From Candidatus Poribacteria bacterium (GTDB taxonomy: Bacteria; Poribacteria; WGA-4E; JAJDTR01): a stretch of DNA of 64,000 nt. Below are positions 1 through 11,691 of this stretch, one piece after another (the first letter of the stretch is position 1; every line of letters begins with the position of its first letter). A model generated the notes under the pieces. It worked only from the letters and a program-made list of their open reading frames with translations. It searched no databases and had not been told where the DNA came from. A program made the translations under genes and the position numbers. Location of the stretch: positions 2,080,001-2,144,000 of the forward strand of contig CBDCTK010000002.1 in the NCBI GenBank assembly GCA_965222225.1, in the 5' to 3' direction.

Positions 1-422
1 ACCCCCAAACGCGAGTGGTAGGTGCCGTACATGCCGGATGGCGAGGAAGCGTCAAATTGGCAGCTCGGAATACGGTAGAAATCTTAAAGCAAAAATTCAA
101 CTGCGACCCGGCGGACCTTCTGGTAGGGATTGGCCCCTCCATTGGTCCCTGTCACTACGAAATTGGTCCCGAAGTCATCTCACAAGTTAAGGATACTTTT
201 GGCGGCACAGATGGCTATATCAGCCACGAGTCGTCCGATGGCAAGGGATATTTCAACCTTTGGGAAGCCAACAAGCGGCAAATCATGGAAGCGGGAATCC
301 CGCTACAAAATATCGAGGTTGCCCGGATATGCACCTATTGTGACGCACATCTGTTTTTTTCTGCGCGGCACCAAAAAGGAAGGACGGGCAGATTCGGAGC
401 AGGAATTATGTTGACCGCGTGA
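1..422 (+). CDS. pgeF: Peptidoglycan editing factor PgeF/YfiH (laccase-like domain), 5'-truncated by window edge
   Basis: Motifs VHAGWRG, IGPSIGPCHYE, CTYC..LFFSAR, GRF typical of the YfiH family. Confidence 0.9.
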   Translation, partial: PQTRVVGAVHAGWRGSVKLAARNTVEILKQKFNCDPADLLVGIGPSIGPCHYEIGPEVISQVKDTFGGTDGYISHESSDGKGYFNLWEANKRQIMEAGIPLQNIEVARICTYCDAHLFFSARHQKGRTGRFGAGIMLTA

Positions 423-518
423 ACCAATCAGGAAGGAAAAATTGACCTTTTTCTTGGACAGTGTAATGGTCAGGCAGATGCAAGACACTCATAGCCGTTT
501 CTCGCAGGGAGTGCTATC

Positions 519-612
519 GATCAACTGAACGAACAGTGCGTGATCAAGGGAATGGATAATGACCGTGATAGAGTTCCCATAGAGATCTTGAGAGCGAATG
601 CGATAGAGAACC
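519..612 (+). repeat. Nested cluster of GA-hairpin modules (one full core 548-564, partial cores, three tails)
   Basis: GATCAA-GGGAATGGATAATGACC-GTGATAGAGTTCCC plus extra GATCAA head and ATAGAG tails. Confidence 0.8.
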
Positions 613-701
613 ATAAAAAATCCTCCTCCCGACTCAGTCGCTTGATCGGCTTGGATTGCCAAATCCACTGCACAATGTAACCCAAGTTGCTGCCCATTCC
701 T

Positions 702-800
702 GTAGGTCGGGCTTCTAGCCCGCCCCGCCAGCGGGATAATGAGCAAGAATGCCTTACAACACCCGATAAAAAACGCAAAACCCACAATTTCCAATAGGTT
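702..800 (+). repeat. GTAG-type REP hairpin with ~75-bp conserved tail, copy 1
   Basis: GTAGGTCGGGCTTCTAGCCCG...GCGGGATAAT...CCCACAA, matching 35581-35680. Confidence 0.8.
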
Positions 801-3800
801 GTAACTTTCGTTAAATTATAATTTACTAAGCTGCGTAACTCTAGTATAATCAAAACGCAATCTAAAATTTCTACCTCTGGGTAAGGAGATCACACAAAAC
901 TTGCAGACACCCCTACAAAAACTACAAAAACTCCTCCAACAACTCTTCCGTGCAGATGACGCAGACCTTGACTTCGGCATCTATCGCATTCTTAACTATC
1001 GACGCGACCAAATCCAGAAATTCATTGACGTGGAACTTCCTTCGATCATCGACGATGCCCTCGACGAAAACACCGAGATCGAATCCGCACTTGAAGAGCT
1101 TAAGGAATTGGAGAAGCGAGTCAAAGAGGCCTTTGGTGATGACGTATTAGATGCAGATGGCAAACTCATTGACGTAACTATAAAAACACGTCCTTTAGTT
1201 AACCAATATCTTGAAGCACAAGAGCGGTATGGTTCCCCACAATCGCGAGACCAGCGCGAAGATACTGTCTATAACCACCTTTACACGTTCTTCTCCCGTT
1301 ACTACGACAATGGTGACTTCATTCCGCGTCGACGCTACTCCCAAACCGAACGGTACGCCATTCCATACAATACAATGGCGAAGAGGTCCACCTCCACTGG
1401 GCAAATCGAGACCAGTATTATGTCAAGAGTGGCGAGCATTTTTCCATTCATAAGTTCAAATCCCAAGGCATCACCGTCACCTTCAAGCTCCGCAGCATAG
1501 ATATTGAGACAGACAACATCCAAGGCGCGAAACGCTTTTTCATTCCCTTATCTGCCGAGACAAGATATTCACCAGAAACCGATGAAATTTGTATCCCCTT
1601 TGAATACCGCCCCTTCACCGCAGAAGAGCAGTTGCTCTACGGTAACCGAGACCAACAAAATACAATTATTGATGCATCCGAACGAGAGATCATGGCGTGC
1701 TTAACCAACCACTATAATGCTCTGTCCGCGTTAGATCGCCAAGCAGAAGGCGTAACCACCCTTAAGAAACATCTCCGTACCTACACACGGCGCAACACCG
1801 CAGACTTCTTCATCCACAAAAACCTCAAGCCGTTCCTCAACCGCGAACTTGATGTCTATATCAAAAACGAAGTTATCCCGTTATCTATCTTCATTTTTAC
1901 AAATGTGGGAGACGAGAATTTAACCAATAGTAATAATTGGCTTGAAACGGCGAAACTCGTTCACCGTATCGCCACCCAAATCATTGACTTTCTCTCCCAA
2001 ATCGAAGAATCTCAGAAACGCGTTTGGCTCAAAAAGAAATTCGTCCTTTCGACTGACTACTGTCTCACCCTTGACCGGGTCCCAAAAAAACTCTACCCCG
2101 CTATCGCACAGAACACTGCCCAGCGTGAGGAGTGGAAACATCTTTTTGCTATCCACGAAATAGATGGCGATCTCGTGGACTCCGCCTATGGTGAACCGCT
2201 CTCCGTTGACTTCCTCAAAGAGAATCCAAATCTCGTTCTTGATACTCGTCACTTTGATACGGCTTTCAAAGATTGTCTTTTGGCACATTTTGACAATCTG
2301 GATAACGAGACAGACGGTTTGTTAATTCACGGAGAGAACTTCCAATCGTTAAATCTACTTGCAGAAAGATACTGGGAATCGATAGAATGTATTCACATCG
2401 ATCCTCCTTACAATACTGATACAAGTGGTTTCCTTTACAAGAACACCTATCGGTCTTCTAGTTGGTTAACGATGATGGCAGATCGATTGCTCCTCGCCGA
2501 TCAGTTAATGGCGCCGAATAGTTGTATTCTTTCCCGTATTGATGAAAACGAGTATGAGAATCTGTTTCAGATCTTTAACACCCTACCGCTGGAAAATCAA
2601 GGGACCATTGTCTGGGACAAAAGGAATCCTGTTTTTGGAACAAATACAATAGCCACTCAACACGAATATATTGTCTGCCACTCCAAGGGCAACATTAAAC
2701 TTAAAGCTCGTTCAATTAACCGCAAATCAATTCTCAGGCAGGCTGCATCCCTGATAAAAAAGCACGACGGTGTCACATCAGAATGCCGCAAAGAATTTAG
2801 TGCATGGATGAAATACAAGCCTGAACTCAGTGGAGGGGAGCGAGCTTATGCAAAACTTGACGAGGAGGGACAGGTTTTTTCAGAAGTAAGCCTAGAAGCC
2901 CCGGCCCTACTTACCGATCCTAAATTCCACGAACCGTTAATCCATCCTGATACCTGCAAACCATGTCCTGTTCCACAAAATGGATGGAGTAGAACTCCGG
3001 AAAATATGCAGAAATTTTTGGAGGAAGGCCGTATAATTTTCGGCCCTAATGAGATCAAACAACCTCGACTCAAGATTCATTTGAAAAACTATCTCGTTGG
3101 AGAATTGTCGTCTGTGATTGCTTCAGGCTCGAGGGGTAAAACGCAAATGGATGCACTAGGATTAAATTTTCCTTACTGTCATCCTGTTGGGTTGTATGAG
3201 GAACTTGTGTGGTCCCTTACGCCGGAACGCAAGGGAATTACTCTCGACTTCTTTGCAGGCAGTGGCACTAATGCCCATGCCGTTATAAACCTTAATCGCA
3301 AAGATAACGGTAACCGCAAATACATCCTCATTGAGATGGCAGACTATTTCGACACCGTCCTCAAACCGCGCCTCATGAAAGCCGTCTACGCGGAAAAATG
3401 GAGAGATGCCAAGCCCGTCTCTCGTGAGAGTCGCCTCTCTCACATAATCAAATACCAGCGTATTGAATCCTATGAAGATGCACTCAACAACATTGAATTT
3501 ACTGAACGTGAAAATTTGCTCTTTGAGGAAAATCTGCTTAGCTACCTTTTGGGAGGCGAAACCCGCGAAAGTCCAACGTTCTTGAACGTTGCTGAACTCC
3601 AAAATCCGTTCAGCTATCAACTCAAAATCGTTCACGGACTCCAAACTCAAACACAGACCGTAGATCTACCCGAAACCTTCAACTACCTCCTCGGGGTCTC
3701 AGTCCAAACTCGCCAATGTTTCTATGATGACGATAGACGCTACCTCGTCTACCACGGCGCCATCGGACAAAAACACGTCGTCATTATCTGGCGCGAGACC

Positions 3801-3888
3801 AAGGGCTGGGACGAACAAGATTGGGAACGAGATTACCGCTTCATTGAGAAAAACAATCTAACCGAAGGTGCATCCGAAGTCTATGTTA

Positions 3889-5048
3889 TACTTCACGCTG
3901 CCGGAAGTTGCGTTTTTTGAACAGTCTGGAAACGTAGCGTAAGTAATGTTGCCAATTCCGATTTGTAGGTGGTGTGAGTCTGATTGAGGCAATCGGTAAT
4001 CGCACGCTTGAAATCGGAAAATTCGGCATAATACTTTGAGTAAAGGCATTTTTTCTTGACGAATTTCCAGAGCCGTTCAATCAGATTTAAGTTGGGAGAA
4101 TATGGTGGAAGATAAAGGAACTCAATAGTGAGTTTCTCAGCTAACTCCCGGACGATTGGGCACTTTTGATATCTGGCATTATCTAAAACCAATGTAATCG
4201 GCATCTCACCTGCCGACTTTGCAATACGCACTAACAAATCACAGACGGTTTGCGCATTGATGTAAGTATCGTTTTGTACCGCTATCAGTTCGTGTGTCAC
4301 GGCATTCAAGGCACCCAAAACGTTAAATCGCTTTCTGCCGGCGGGGGCTTTGATGAACACACGAGTGAACGGCCAGAGAAATCCTAAAAAGGGAGCTAAG
4401 ACAAAATGGGCGGCATCAACGAAAAAGACGGTTCTCAGACCAGCAGCAGCTTGGTCCAGACGCGGTTGCAACTCTTTTTTTAAAGTCCTCCTGTGCCTCG
4501 ACATCGGCTTCGGCTGGTATATGCCCCACTTTCCGGTACTCAATGCCTATGTTTTTGAAAAACGCACGCACACGACTTTCACTGCGTTGAATACCGGTGA
4601 GTTCGTAGATTTTTGCCGCTGCTTCTTTAATTGTAGCTGCTGGATTTGTCCGAAAATAGTCTTCAATTGTGGTTTGATGTGCCAACAGTTCACTTTCCTG
4701 TGGGCAGTAATTGAGCTGTTTGAGTGCGTCAATGCCGCCAGTTTGGTAGTGGCACAGGTAAGCCCGCAACGTGTTAGGCGAAATACCGGCTAGACGAGTG
4801 ATTTGACTATGTGGCAAGCCTTGGTGTTTGAGCCAAAGCGCCTCCATCTTTCGCTGCACCCTCGGATGAGGATGGTGATAACGTTCATAATCGAGCGCTT
4901 CAATGTCTTCTTCAGTAAAGTCAATAGCAATCATAGGATTTGCTCGTCAAAAACTAAGAAGGCTATGTTAAATCCACAAACACAATTTATTCACATTATA
5001 AGCGATTGTTGCCCAGAAGACAAGCGTAATATTAACCGATGCGGGGTA
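3889..5048 (-). mobile_element. IS630-family insertion sequence with TA target duplication
   Basis: TA at 3887-3888 and 5049-5050; ends TACTTC.../...GGGGTA; removing it restores the mod reading frame. Confidence 0.92.
3893..4934 (-). CDS. IS630 transposase (HTH ORF 4416-4934 and DDE ORF 3893-4543, joined by a probable programmed -1 frameshift)
   Basis: FFVDAAHF, LVLDNARYQ, LPPYSPNLNLIERLW motifs; slippery TTTAAAAAAAG on the minus strand at ~4474-4484. Confidence 0.9.
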
Positions 5049-8000
5049 TAACACGGATAGCATTGTCTCAGAGGCAAAACCTTTAGATCCACTCTTCAAA
5101 CGATTGATGTTCATGCAATAAAATCTGCAGCAACTGTGCAATTCGTCTAATCCGCGATCTATCTATAGAGTAAGTCAATCTTGTCAAAGGACAAGGCCTA
5201 TGCCCAACAATTCACAACGCCAACTTGATAACCATCTCACGCTCCACGCATGGCTTAACAGCCACTTTGGATATAAAACCACGCGCGACCTCCTTAACGA
5301 CGCGGATACAGTGGGTGAGGGATTCAACCCAGACGGCCACTCCCCAATCTGCGAATTTCTCATATCCTGTTCAGAGCCAAGCTCTGCGATTGAAGCAGCA
5401 CTCCCAACTTACGATACAAATATCAAACGACACCTAGCCGCTATAAACAACAAACGTACGCAGCCGATTGTCCTCCGCTATTTCCAATACCTCGCTCTGC
5501 TTTACGCGGAGATTTTCTTGGATTGGAAATTCAACAGGCCGGGAGAATTCCTGCGTCAACTCAATGATTTCGTCCAACGCCGAAACGATGCGAGAGCCCC
5601 GGGCGATGCCACGGATTCTCTCTTTGAAGCCCAGGATCTCGAAAAACTTGCCTTCTGGATGGCAACCGGCGCAGGCAAAACGCTAATCATGCACATCAAC
5701 TATCACCAATACCTTCACTACTGCAAAGAGGCGTTAGACCATATTGTTCTGATTACACCCAACGAGGGCTTGAGTGAACAACACCTTCACGAACTTGCAA
5801 ACTCCGACATTTGGTGTGAACGCTTCAATATTGAAGGCAATCGCCCCACACGTGCCCACAACGCAATGCAGGTAATCGAAATTACAAAGTTAGTGGAAGT
5901 AAAGACAAGTGGAGGTGTGAGCGTTCCAGTTGAAGCATTCGGAGGAAACAACCTGATTTTTGTCGACGAAGGACACAAAGGCAGTGGTGGTAAAGCTTGG
6001 CGCGAGTATCGCGAGAAAATCGCCGAAACCGGATTCACCTTTGAATATAGCGCGACTTTTGGGCAAGCACTCGCTGCCGCCAACAATGCAGACCTCGTTG
6101 AGGAATACGGAAAAGCCATCGCTTTTGACTACTCCTACCGATACTTCTACGGCGATGGATACGGTAAGAACTTCCGAATCCTTAACGTCCGCGACGACGA
6201 AGAAACTCAAGTTGAGACACTCCTCATGGGTAATCTCCTTAGCTTCTATCAACAGCGACGCTATTTTACCCAAAACAGTGATGCGGTGCGTGTCTACGGC
6301 TTGGACCCACCACTATGGGCATTCGTTGGCAGTAAAGTCAACGCTGTGTATACTGAAAATCACCGCAATCGCTCCGACGTGCTTAACGTCATCCGCTTTC
6401 TACACAGGTTTCTAAAAAATGAAGGCAGTTCGGCAGTTCATACTATTGAGCGAATTCTCAACGGTGAATCTGGTTTGTCTGATGAAAGTGGCAGGGATGT
6501 CTTCTATAGCCGGCTCAACTATCTGAAAGAGTTTAACGAAACGCCCGTCCAAATGTACACGAACATCCTCAACGAGGTATTTCACACCAATACAAGCGCT
6601 GCACTGCATCTATGCGATGTCCGCAACGCGCAAGGTGAAATCGGGTTGAAAACTACCAGTGGTAGTGATTACTTTGGGGTTATCTACATCGGCGACACTC
6701 CTGCCTTCAAAAAACTGGTTGAAAGCGACGATGCGGGCACCCTCATCGAACCCGACGATGTCGTCACCGAAAGCTTGTTCAACGACATCAACAGCCCTGC
6801 CAGTCCCATCAATATCCTCATCGGTGCGAAAAAGTTCATTGAGGGGTGGGATAGTTGGCGTGTCACCGCCATGGGACTGCTCAACATCGGCAGACAGGAG
6901 GGTTCCCAGATTATTCAATTGTTCGGTAGAGGTGTCCGCCTACGGGGCAAAGACATGAGCCTTAAACGTAGTGCAGCCCTTGACGGTGAGCATCCGCGCA
7001 ATCTTCCCCTATTGGAAACGCTCAACATTTTTGCTGTCCGCGCCAACTTCATGGAAAGATTCCGAGACTACCTCACGCGCGAAGGTGTTCCAACCGATGA
7101 ACCTGTCCAATTGACATTGCGAATCAGACCCAACGCAGAGCACCTTGCGAACCGTCTCTATGTTCCATCAGTCGCCCCCTATCACCGAGCAGCCAAAGGA
7201 CAATGTGTATCCCTTACGTGATGCCAGACGCGGTTGTCACTCATACCGCCCAAAGGGTTGACATTATCGGGAGCAGTTCACAGAGAGGTGTTCAAAGTGA
7301 ACATGCGGAAGCTACACACCAAATGCAGATTCCAGAGTCAAGCTTGGAGTTGATAGACTGGGAAAAAATCTATCTTCAACTTCTTGAGTACAAACAAGAA
7401 AAACGATTTCACAATCTCATTTTTGATACCCAGGTTCTCAAACGGATCCTCAGTCCAAACGAGGAATTGTATAAACTCTCTGTCATGAAGGAATCTGAGG
7501 TCGTTCCAACATCACTAGCGGAACTTAACCGCCTAGAGGAGTTAGTGTTAATACTCCTCTGTAAATATATCGCTAAGTTCTACAGCAACATTCAGAAACG
7601 GTGGACCAAAGAAAGAGTGCGGCTAAAACAGTTACATGAAGAAGATTCTAACTTTACAAATTGGAGCGTTTACATTCCACGAACCGAAGCGGAGGAATTT
7701 GAACCACGTGTTAGGCATCTCATGGAGAGCGGCAAAATATATGAATCCGGGTTAACTTCCCTGTCCGAAGATTATGACATCGGTACTGTTTATAATGACC
7801 GACATCTCTATCAACCGCTTTTCACCATAGACACGGTGGACACAGCGTGGCGCACGACACCACCTGCCTTACAAGGAAGCGAGAAGCACTTCGTTGAGGA
7901 CCTGCGTAGTTACATTTGCCAACAGAATTCCACGTCTCTCACATCAAAGACAATATTCTTCTTGCGCAATCAGAATCGCGGTAGAGGAATCGGCTTCTAT

Positions 8001-8202
8001 CAAAACGAAGGCTTCTATCCCGACTTCATCCTCTGGATTATCGGAGACGCGAAACAGCGTATCGTTTTCATTGAACCCCACGGCATGGTGCATGAAGCTA
8101 TCAATAACTACAACGACAAAATCTCTCTCTACGAAATGCTCTACGAACTCTCTGAGAAACAACGCGTTCAAGACAGAAGTGTGCACATGGATTCCTATAT
8201 AA

Positions 8203-9246
8203 TAGGAGTTACGCAGTTGAGTGAAAATAGGTTATAATTTGAGTATGAATCCCCCTAAATATACTGACACTGACTATATTGATTTCTTGGTAGCCGCTCA
8301 GAAAAGTTACAGTTGTCTTGAATCGGAAAAAGTTCAACCCCAAGCTGATAATCCTCCGGCTCACGATTCGATAACACGGCTCTTGCATCGAGAGGAACCC
8401 GATACTGGCAAACTGTGGCAAGAATCGAGAAATCAGGTGAAATTAGAATCCGGAATTTTAGTTATAGATGACTCGACTCTGGATAAACCTTATTCACAAA
8501 AGATTGAACTCGTGACAAAACACTGGTCAGGGAAACACCACCGAGTTGTGAATGGGATTAACTTGGTCACTTTGCTCTGGACGGATGGCGATAGACATAT
8601 TCCGTGTGATTATCGAATCTATGATAAAGCCAAAGACGGCTTGACGAAGAATGAGCATTTCCGCGCCATGCTTGAAGAAGCGAAAACACGCGGTTTTGCT
8701 CCTGAATGTGTGTGTTTTGATAGTTGGTATGCCAGTCTAAAGAATCTAAAAGCGGTGCGAGGTCATGGTTGGAAGTGGCTTACTCGTCTAGCTGCCAACC
8801 GACTTGTCAGTAAAGATTATTCCGGTAACCGTCCGGTGAGTACGCTTCCGAGTGAATCAACAGGTACAATTGTCCATCTCAAAGGCTATGGATTGATTCG
8901 AGTATTTAAGGTTGACACTCCAGAAGGTGACATTGAATATTGGGCAACGAATGATTTACAGATGGACGAATTGACGCGTCTCAAATATGCCGAATGGTCT
9001 TGGACAATAGAAGAATATCATCGCGGGATTAAGCAATTTGTTGGCATTGAACGCGCACAAGTGCGCTCTGCTCGCACTCAAAGAAATCATATCGGTTTAG
9101 CGCTGAGAGCCTTTCTGAGAATTGAGCACTATTGCTATCATACCGGTATCAGTTGGTTTGATGCAAAACTCTCTATTGTCAGAGATGCGGTACGGGCTTA
9201 TTTGGCACAACCTCTTTATACGCTTCAGCCAACTGCGTAACTCCTA
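8203..9246 (+). mobile_element. IS701-family insertion sequence
   Basis: Terminal inverted repeats TAGGAGTTACGCAGTTG / CAACTGCGTAACTCCTA; direct repeat TATAA at 8198-8202 and 9247-9251 (3-5 bp depending on end assignment). Confidence 0.92.
8245..9240 (+). CDS. IS701-family DDE transposase
   Basis: LVIDDSTLDKPY, FDSWYAS, WTIEEYHRGIKQ motifs; ORF fills the element. Confidence 0.92.
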   Translation: MNPPKYTDTDYIDFLVAAQKSYSCLESEKVQPQADNPPAHDSITRLLHREEPDTGKLWQESRNQVKLESGILVIDDSTLDKPYSQKIELVTKHWSGKHHRVVNGINLVTLLWTDGDRHIPCDYRIYDKAKDGLTKNEHFRAMLEEAKTRGFAPECVCFDSWYASLKNLKAVRGHGWKWLTRLAANRLVSKDYSGNRPVSTLPSESTGTIVHLKGYGLIRVFKVDTPEGDIEYWATNDLQMDELTRLKYAEWSWTIEEYHRGIKQFVGIERAQVRSARTQRNHIGLALRAFLRIEHYCYHTGISWFDAKLSIVRDAVRAYLAQPLYTLQPTA

Positions 9247-9797
9247 TATAATCTCGACAACTGATTTCGCGACACTTCGACAAAAGCATCGTGATAAGAA
9301 TAAACAGGATTTTGAAGCCCTGCACATCCTCTTTCGTAATCCTACCGACCCCAGCTACCTCTTCCCAATATTCCAAGGGACTCCCTGAGAAAACGAATAG
9401 GTGGCATTCCTGTTGGCAAGATTGCATGAACTTGAATGAATAGTTGATAATTTCGGATTGAACAACGGCCAAGTTCTTACGCGTTCCACTGCTTTCACCG
9501 TCCATTTGTTCCTTATGGATTTTTCCCTTTTCGCGTCTTACCCATCCTTCCGCCCTTCCCGTCTTCCATTCTTCCTCCCTTCCCCTCACCACTTCACCGC
9601 CTCTCTAGCACCACCGGTTACTCTATTCCGGCATTTTCCACTTGACACTAATCCCCTTTTCGATTTAGGATGGATCGGCTCTCCACACGAAGTCCGTTGT
9701 TGGTATACAGACTGTTTATAACGCTATATTCACTACGGCAGATCCACCCTCGCTAATCTTGACGCGGTCCAAACGGTTCCCCGGAGGTAAGTGCACA

Positions 9798-10367
9798 ATG
9801 GCAGACAAGAAAGAATACAAGGTTATTGGCACCCGTCCTATCCGACATGACGGTGTTGACAAAGTAACCGGTCGCGCCCTCTACGGGGCGGATTTTCAGG
9901 CGGTTGGACTGTTGCACGGCAGAGTGTTGCGAAGCCCGCACGCCCATGCGCGGATTAAATCAATTGAAACCAGTCGAGCGGAAGCCTATCCCTGCGTGAA
10001 GGCGGTGGTGACGGCGAAGGATTTCCCGAAGTGGGGGACACGATAGCCAATCTTGGAGTGGGCGCCGTTCACCTGCAAGATCTCCTAGATAACGTGCTGG
10101 CAGGGGTGAAAGCGCTATACAAGGGACACCAGGTCGCCGCGGTTACGGCGATCAACCCGCATGTTGCCGATGATCGACGCGGTAATCGTTGAAGTGCCGA
10201 ATCCCGGTCATCCCTACGGCGTGAGGGGTGTTGGCGAAACGCCGATTGTTGCCCCGCCTGCCGCCATTGCAAACGCCATCTACCGAGCCATCGGGGTTCG
10301 GATGAAAGAATTGCCAATGTCCCCGGTCGTATCCTCAAGGCATTGGGGAAAATATAAAGCCGTTTGA
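9798..10367 (+). pseudogene. Xanthine dehydrogenase-family molybdopterin-binding subunit with most of the interior deleted
   Basis: N-terminal DGVDKVTGRALY...LRSPHAHARI joined directly to C-terminal PYGVRGVGETPIVAPPAAIANAI; frameshifts. Confidence 0.85.
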
Positions 10368-10437
10368 ATCTTGCAAATAGGGTTGCAACAACCAACCTCA
10401 TCGCAATACCTCTTAACCAAACCAAGGGATTAAAACC

Positions 10438-11646
10438 ATGACTCAAGCTGGCGTACTTGGCAACGAACAAATATCCGACTATCGTGATAATGGGTTTCTT
10501 ATTGTTCGAGATGTCTTGCCCCCAAGCGAAACAAATACACTGCGCAGAATTGTCGATAATCAGGCAGAATGCAACGCCCACGCGCCGTCACTCGAATATC
10601 CGGCGCCCGGCAAGTACACCGTCAGCGGCAACGCGATGAGCGCTCATCCCGGATTGGCGCCGATTGCCGAACACCCCACAATTGTTAACTGTATTGAAAG
10701 CTTATTAGGCGATCAGGCCCACCTTGCCGCCTTCGTCGCCTACGTGCGCACGCCCGGAGACAAGGGATCCAATCCGCATAACGACTACAAACGTTGGCGG
10801 CCGGTTGGCTCATCAATGAATTGGCTGTTTGCGATTGTTCCTCTGACCGATTTCGACGCCGAACACGGGCCGCTCTTGGTTTCTCCCAAATCTCATGAGT
10901 TGCATCAGGTTATCGACCCCGATGCCAAAATACTGGATGTGACGCCTCCCGATAAGAGCAAGTTACCGGATTTTGTCGACCCTGAATTGAACGCCGGTGA
11001 TTTGCTGCTCCTGAACATGTATACCTGGCACTGGGCACCGGGCGGCACTGGGGACAAGTTCCGAAGCGGTATTTTCCACAAGTATTGTGCTGTCAATGCC
11101 CCGCCTGCCGCCGGTCATTACCGTTACAATCAGGCGGCGTATCGTTCCCTGAGTGATGCTGGCAAGCGCCTGTTAGCCTTACATTCCGATACGCCCTTGA
11201 CGACAACGCGCCTCCTTGTCGAGCGCGAATCGCCTCAGGAATCGGCTTTCTTTCTCCTCTATGACCACGAAACTCAGGCGTGGCAGTTACCGGGTGGTAA
11301 GAGTGAGGAGGAGGACCACATTGGTTGGGACGTTGGTTCCCGCATCGCGTCCATGCAGACACTCACCCAAGGACAACTCGGTGTTGATGTTCCGTGGATG
11401 TCCTACATCGCGGATCTTGAGGAACGGAACGGTTTATGCCGTGTCTACGGCTATCTGGATGAAAACGAATCCTTTGATGGGTTAACCAAAGGTAATAGTC
11501 GTTGTGGCTGGTTTACGAGTGAGGTCGTGCAAGATATGATCGGCGAGAATGACGATATTGGAAACGTTATTCGCACATGGCAACGCGAAGATGTTGTTCG
11601 AGGCAAAGGGGTAGCGTTCAGTCAAAGAGAACGCCAATTTGTGTGA
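10438..11646 (+). CDS. Phytanoyl-CoA dioxygenase (PhyH) family Fe/2OG enzyme with C-terminal Nudix-like domain
   Basis: YRDNGFLIVRDVL, HND and distal WH ligands; C-terminal WQLPGG motif. Confidence 0.8.
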   Translation: MTQAGVLGNEQISDYRDNGFLIVRDVLPPSETNTLRRIVDNQAECNAHAPSLEYPAPGKYTVSGNAMSAHPGLAPIAEHPTIVNCIESLLGDQAHLAAFVAYVRTPGDKGSNPHNDYKRWRPVGSSMNWLFAIVPLTDFDAEHGPLLVSPKSHELHQVIDPDAKILDVTPPDKSKLPDFVDPELNAGDLLLLNMYTWHWAPGGTGDKFRSGIFHKYCAVNAPPAAGHYRYNQAAYRSLSDAGKRLLALHSDTPLTTTRLLVERESPQESAFFLLYDHETQAWQLPGGKSEEEDHIGWDVGSRIASMQTLTQGQLGVDVPWMSYIADLEERNGLCRVYGYLDENESFDGLTKGNSRCGWFTSEVVQDMIGENDDIGNVIRTWQREDVVRGKGVAFSQRERQFV

Positions 11647-11691
11647 TTGAGGCGAGAACGTCCTGGATGGGGTTTAATGCCATGCAGGTAG

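Larger units (their letters stand above)
901..5121 (+). pseudogene. mod: Type III R-M DNA adenine methyltransferase (Mod), disrupted by a 5-bp duplication (1366-1375) and by IS630 (3889-5048)
   Basis: DLDFGIYRI N-terminus; YAIPYNGEEVHLHWANRDQYYVKS restored by removing one TACAA; DPPY and DFFAGSGT motifs; C-terminus YVNTDSIVSEAKPLDPLFKRLMFMQ* restored across the IS. Confidence 0.9.
5200..9388 (+). pseudogene. res: Type III R-M restriction subunit (Res; DEAD-like helicase plus nuclease), frameshifted near 7218 and interrupted by IS701
   Basis: MATGAGKT, DEGH, YSATF, QLFGRGVRL, FYPDFILW...IEPHG; C-terminus MDSYIISTTDF...FQGTP* restored across the IS. Confidence 0.88.

Noticed and set aside
4416-4543. 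Split IS630 transposase as a pseudogene
   Set aside because: The A7 slippery site at the overlap is the usual programmed frameshift of this family
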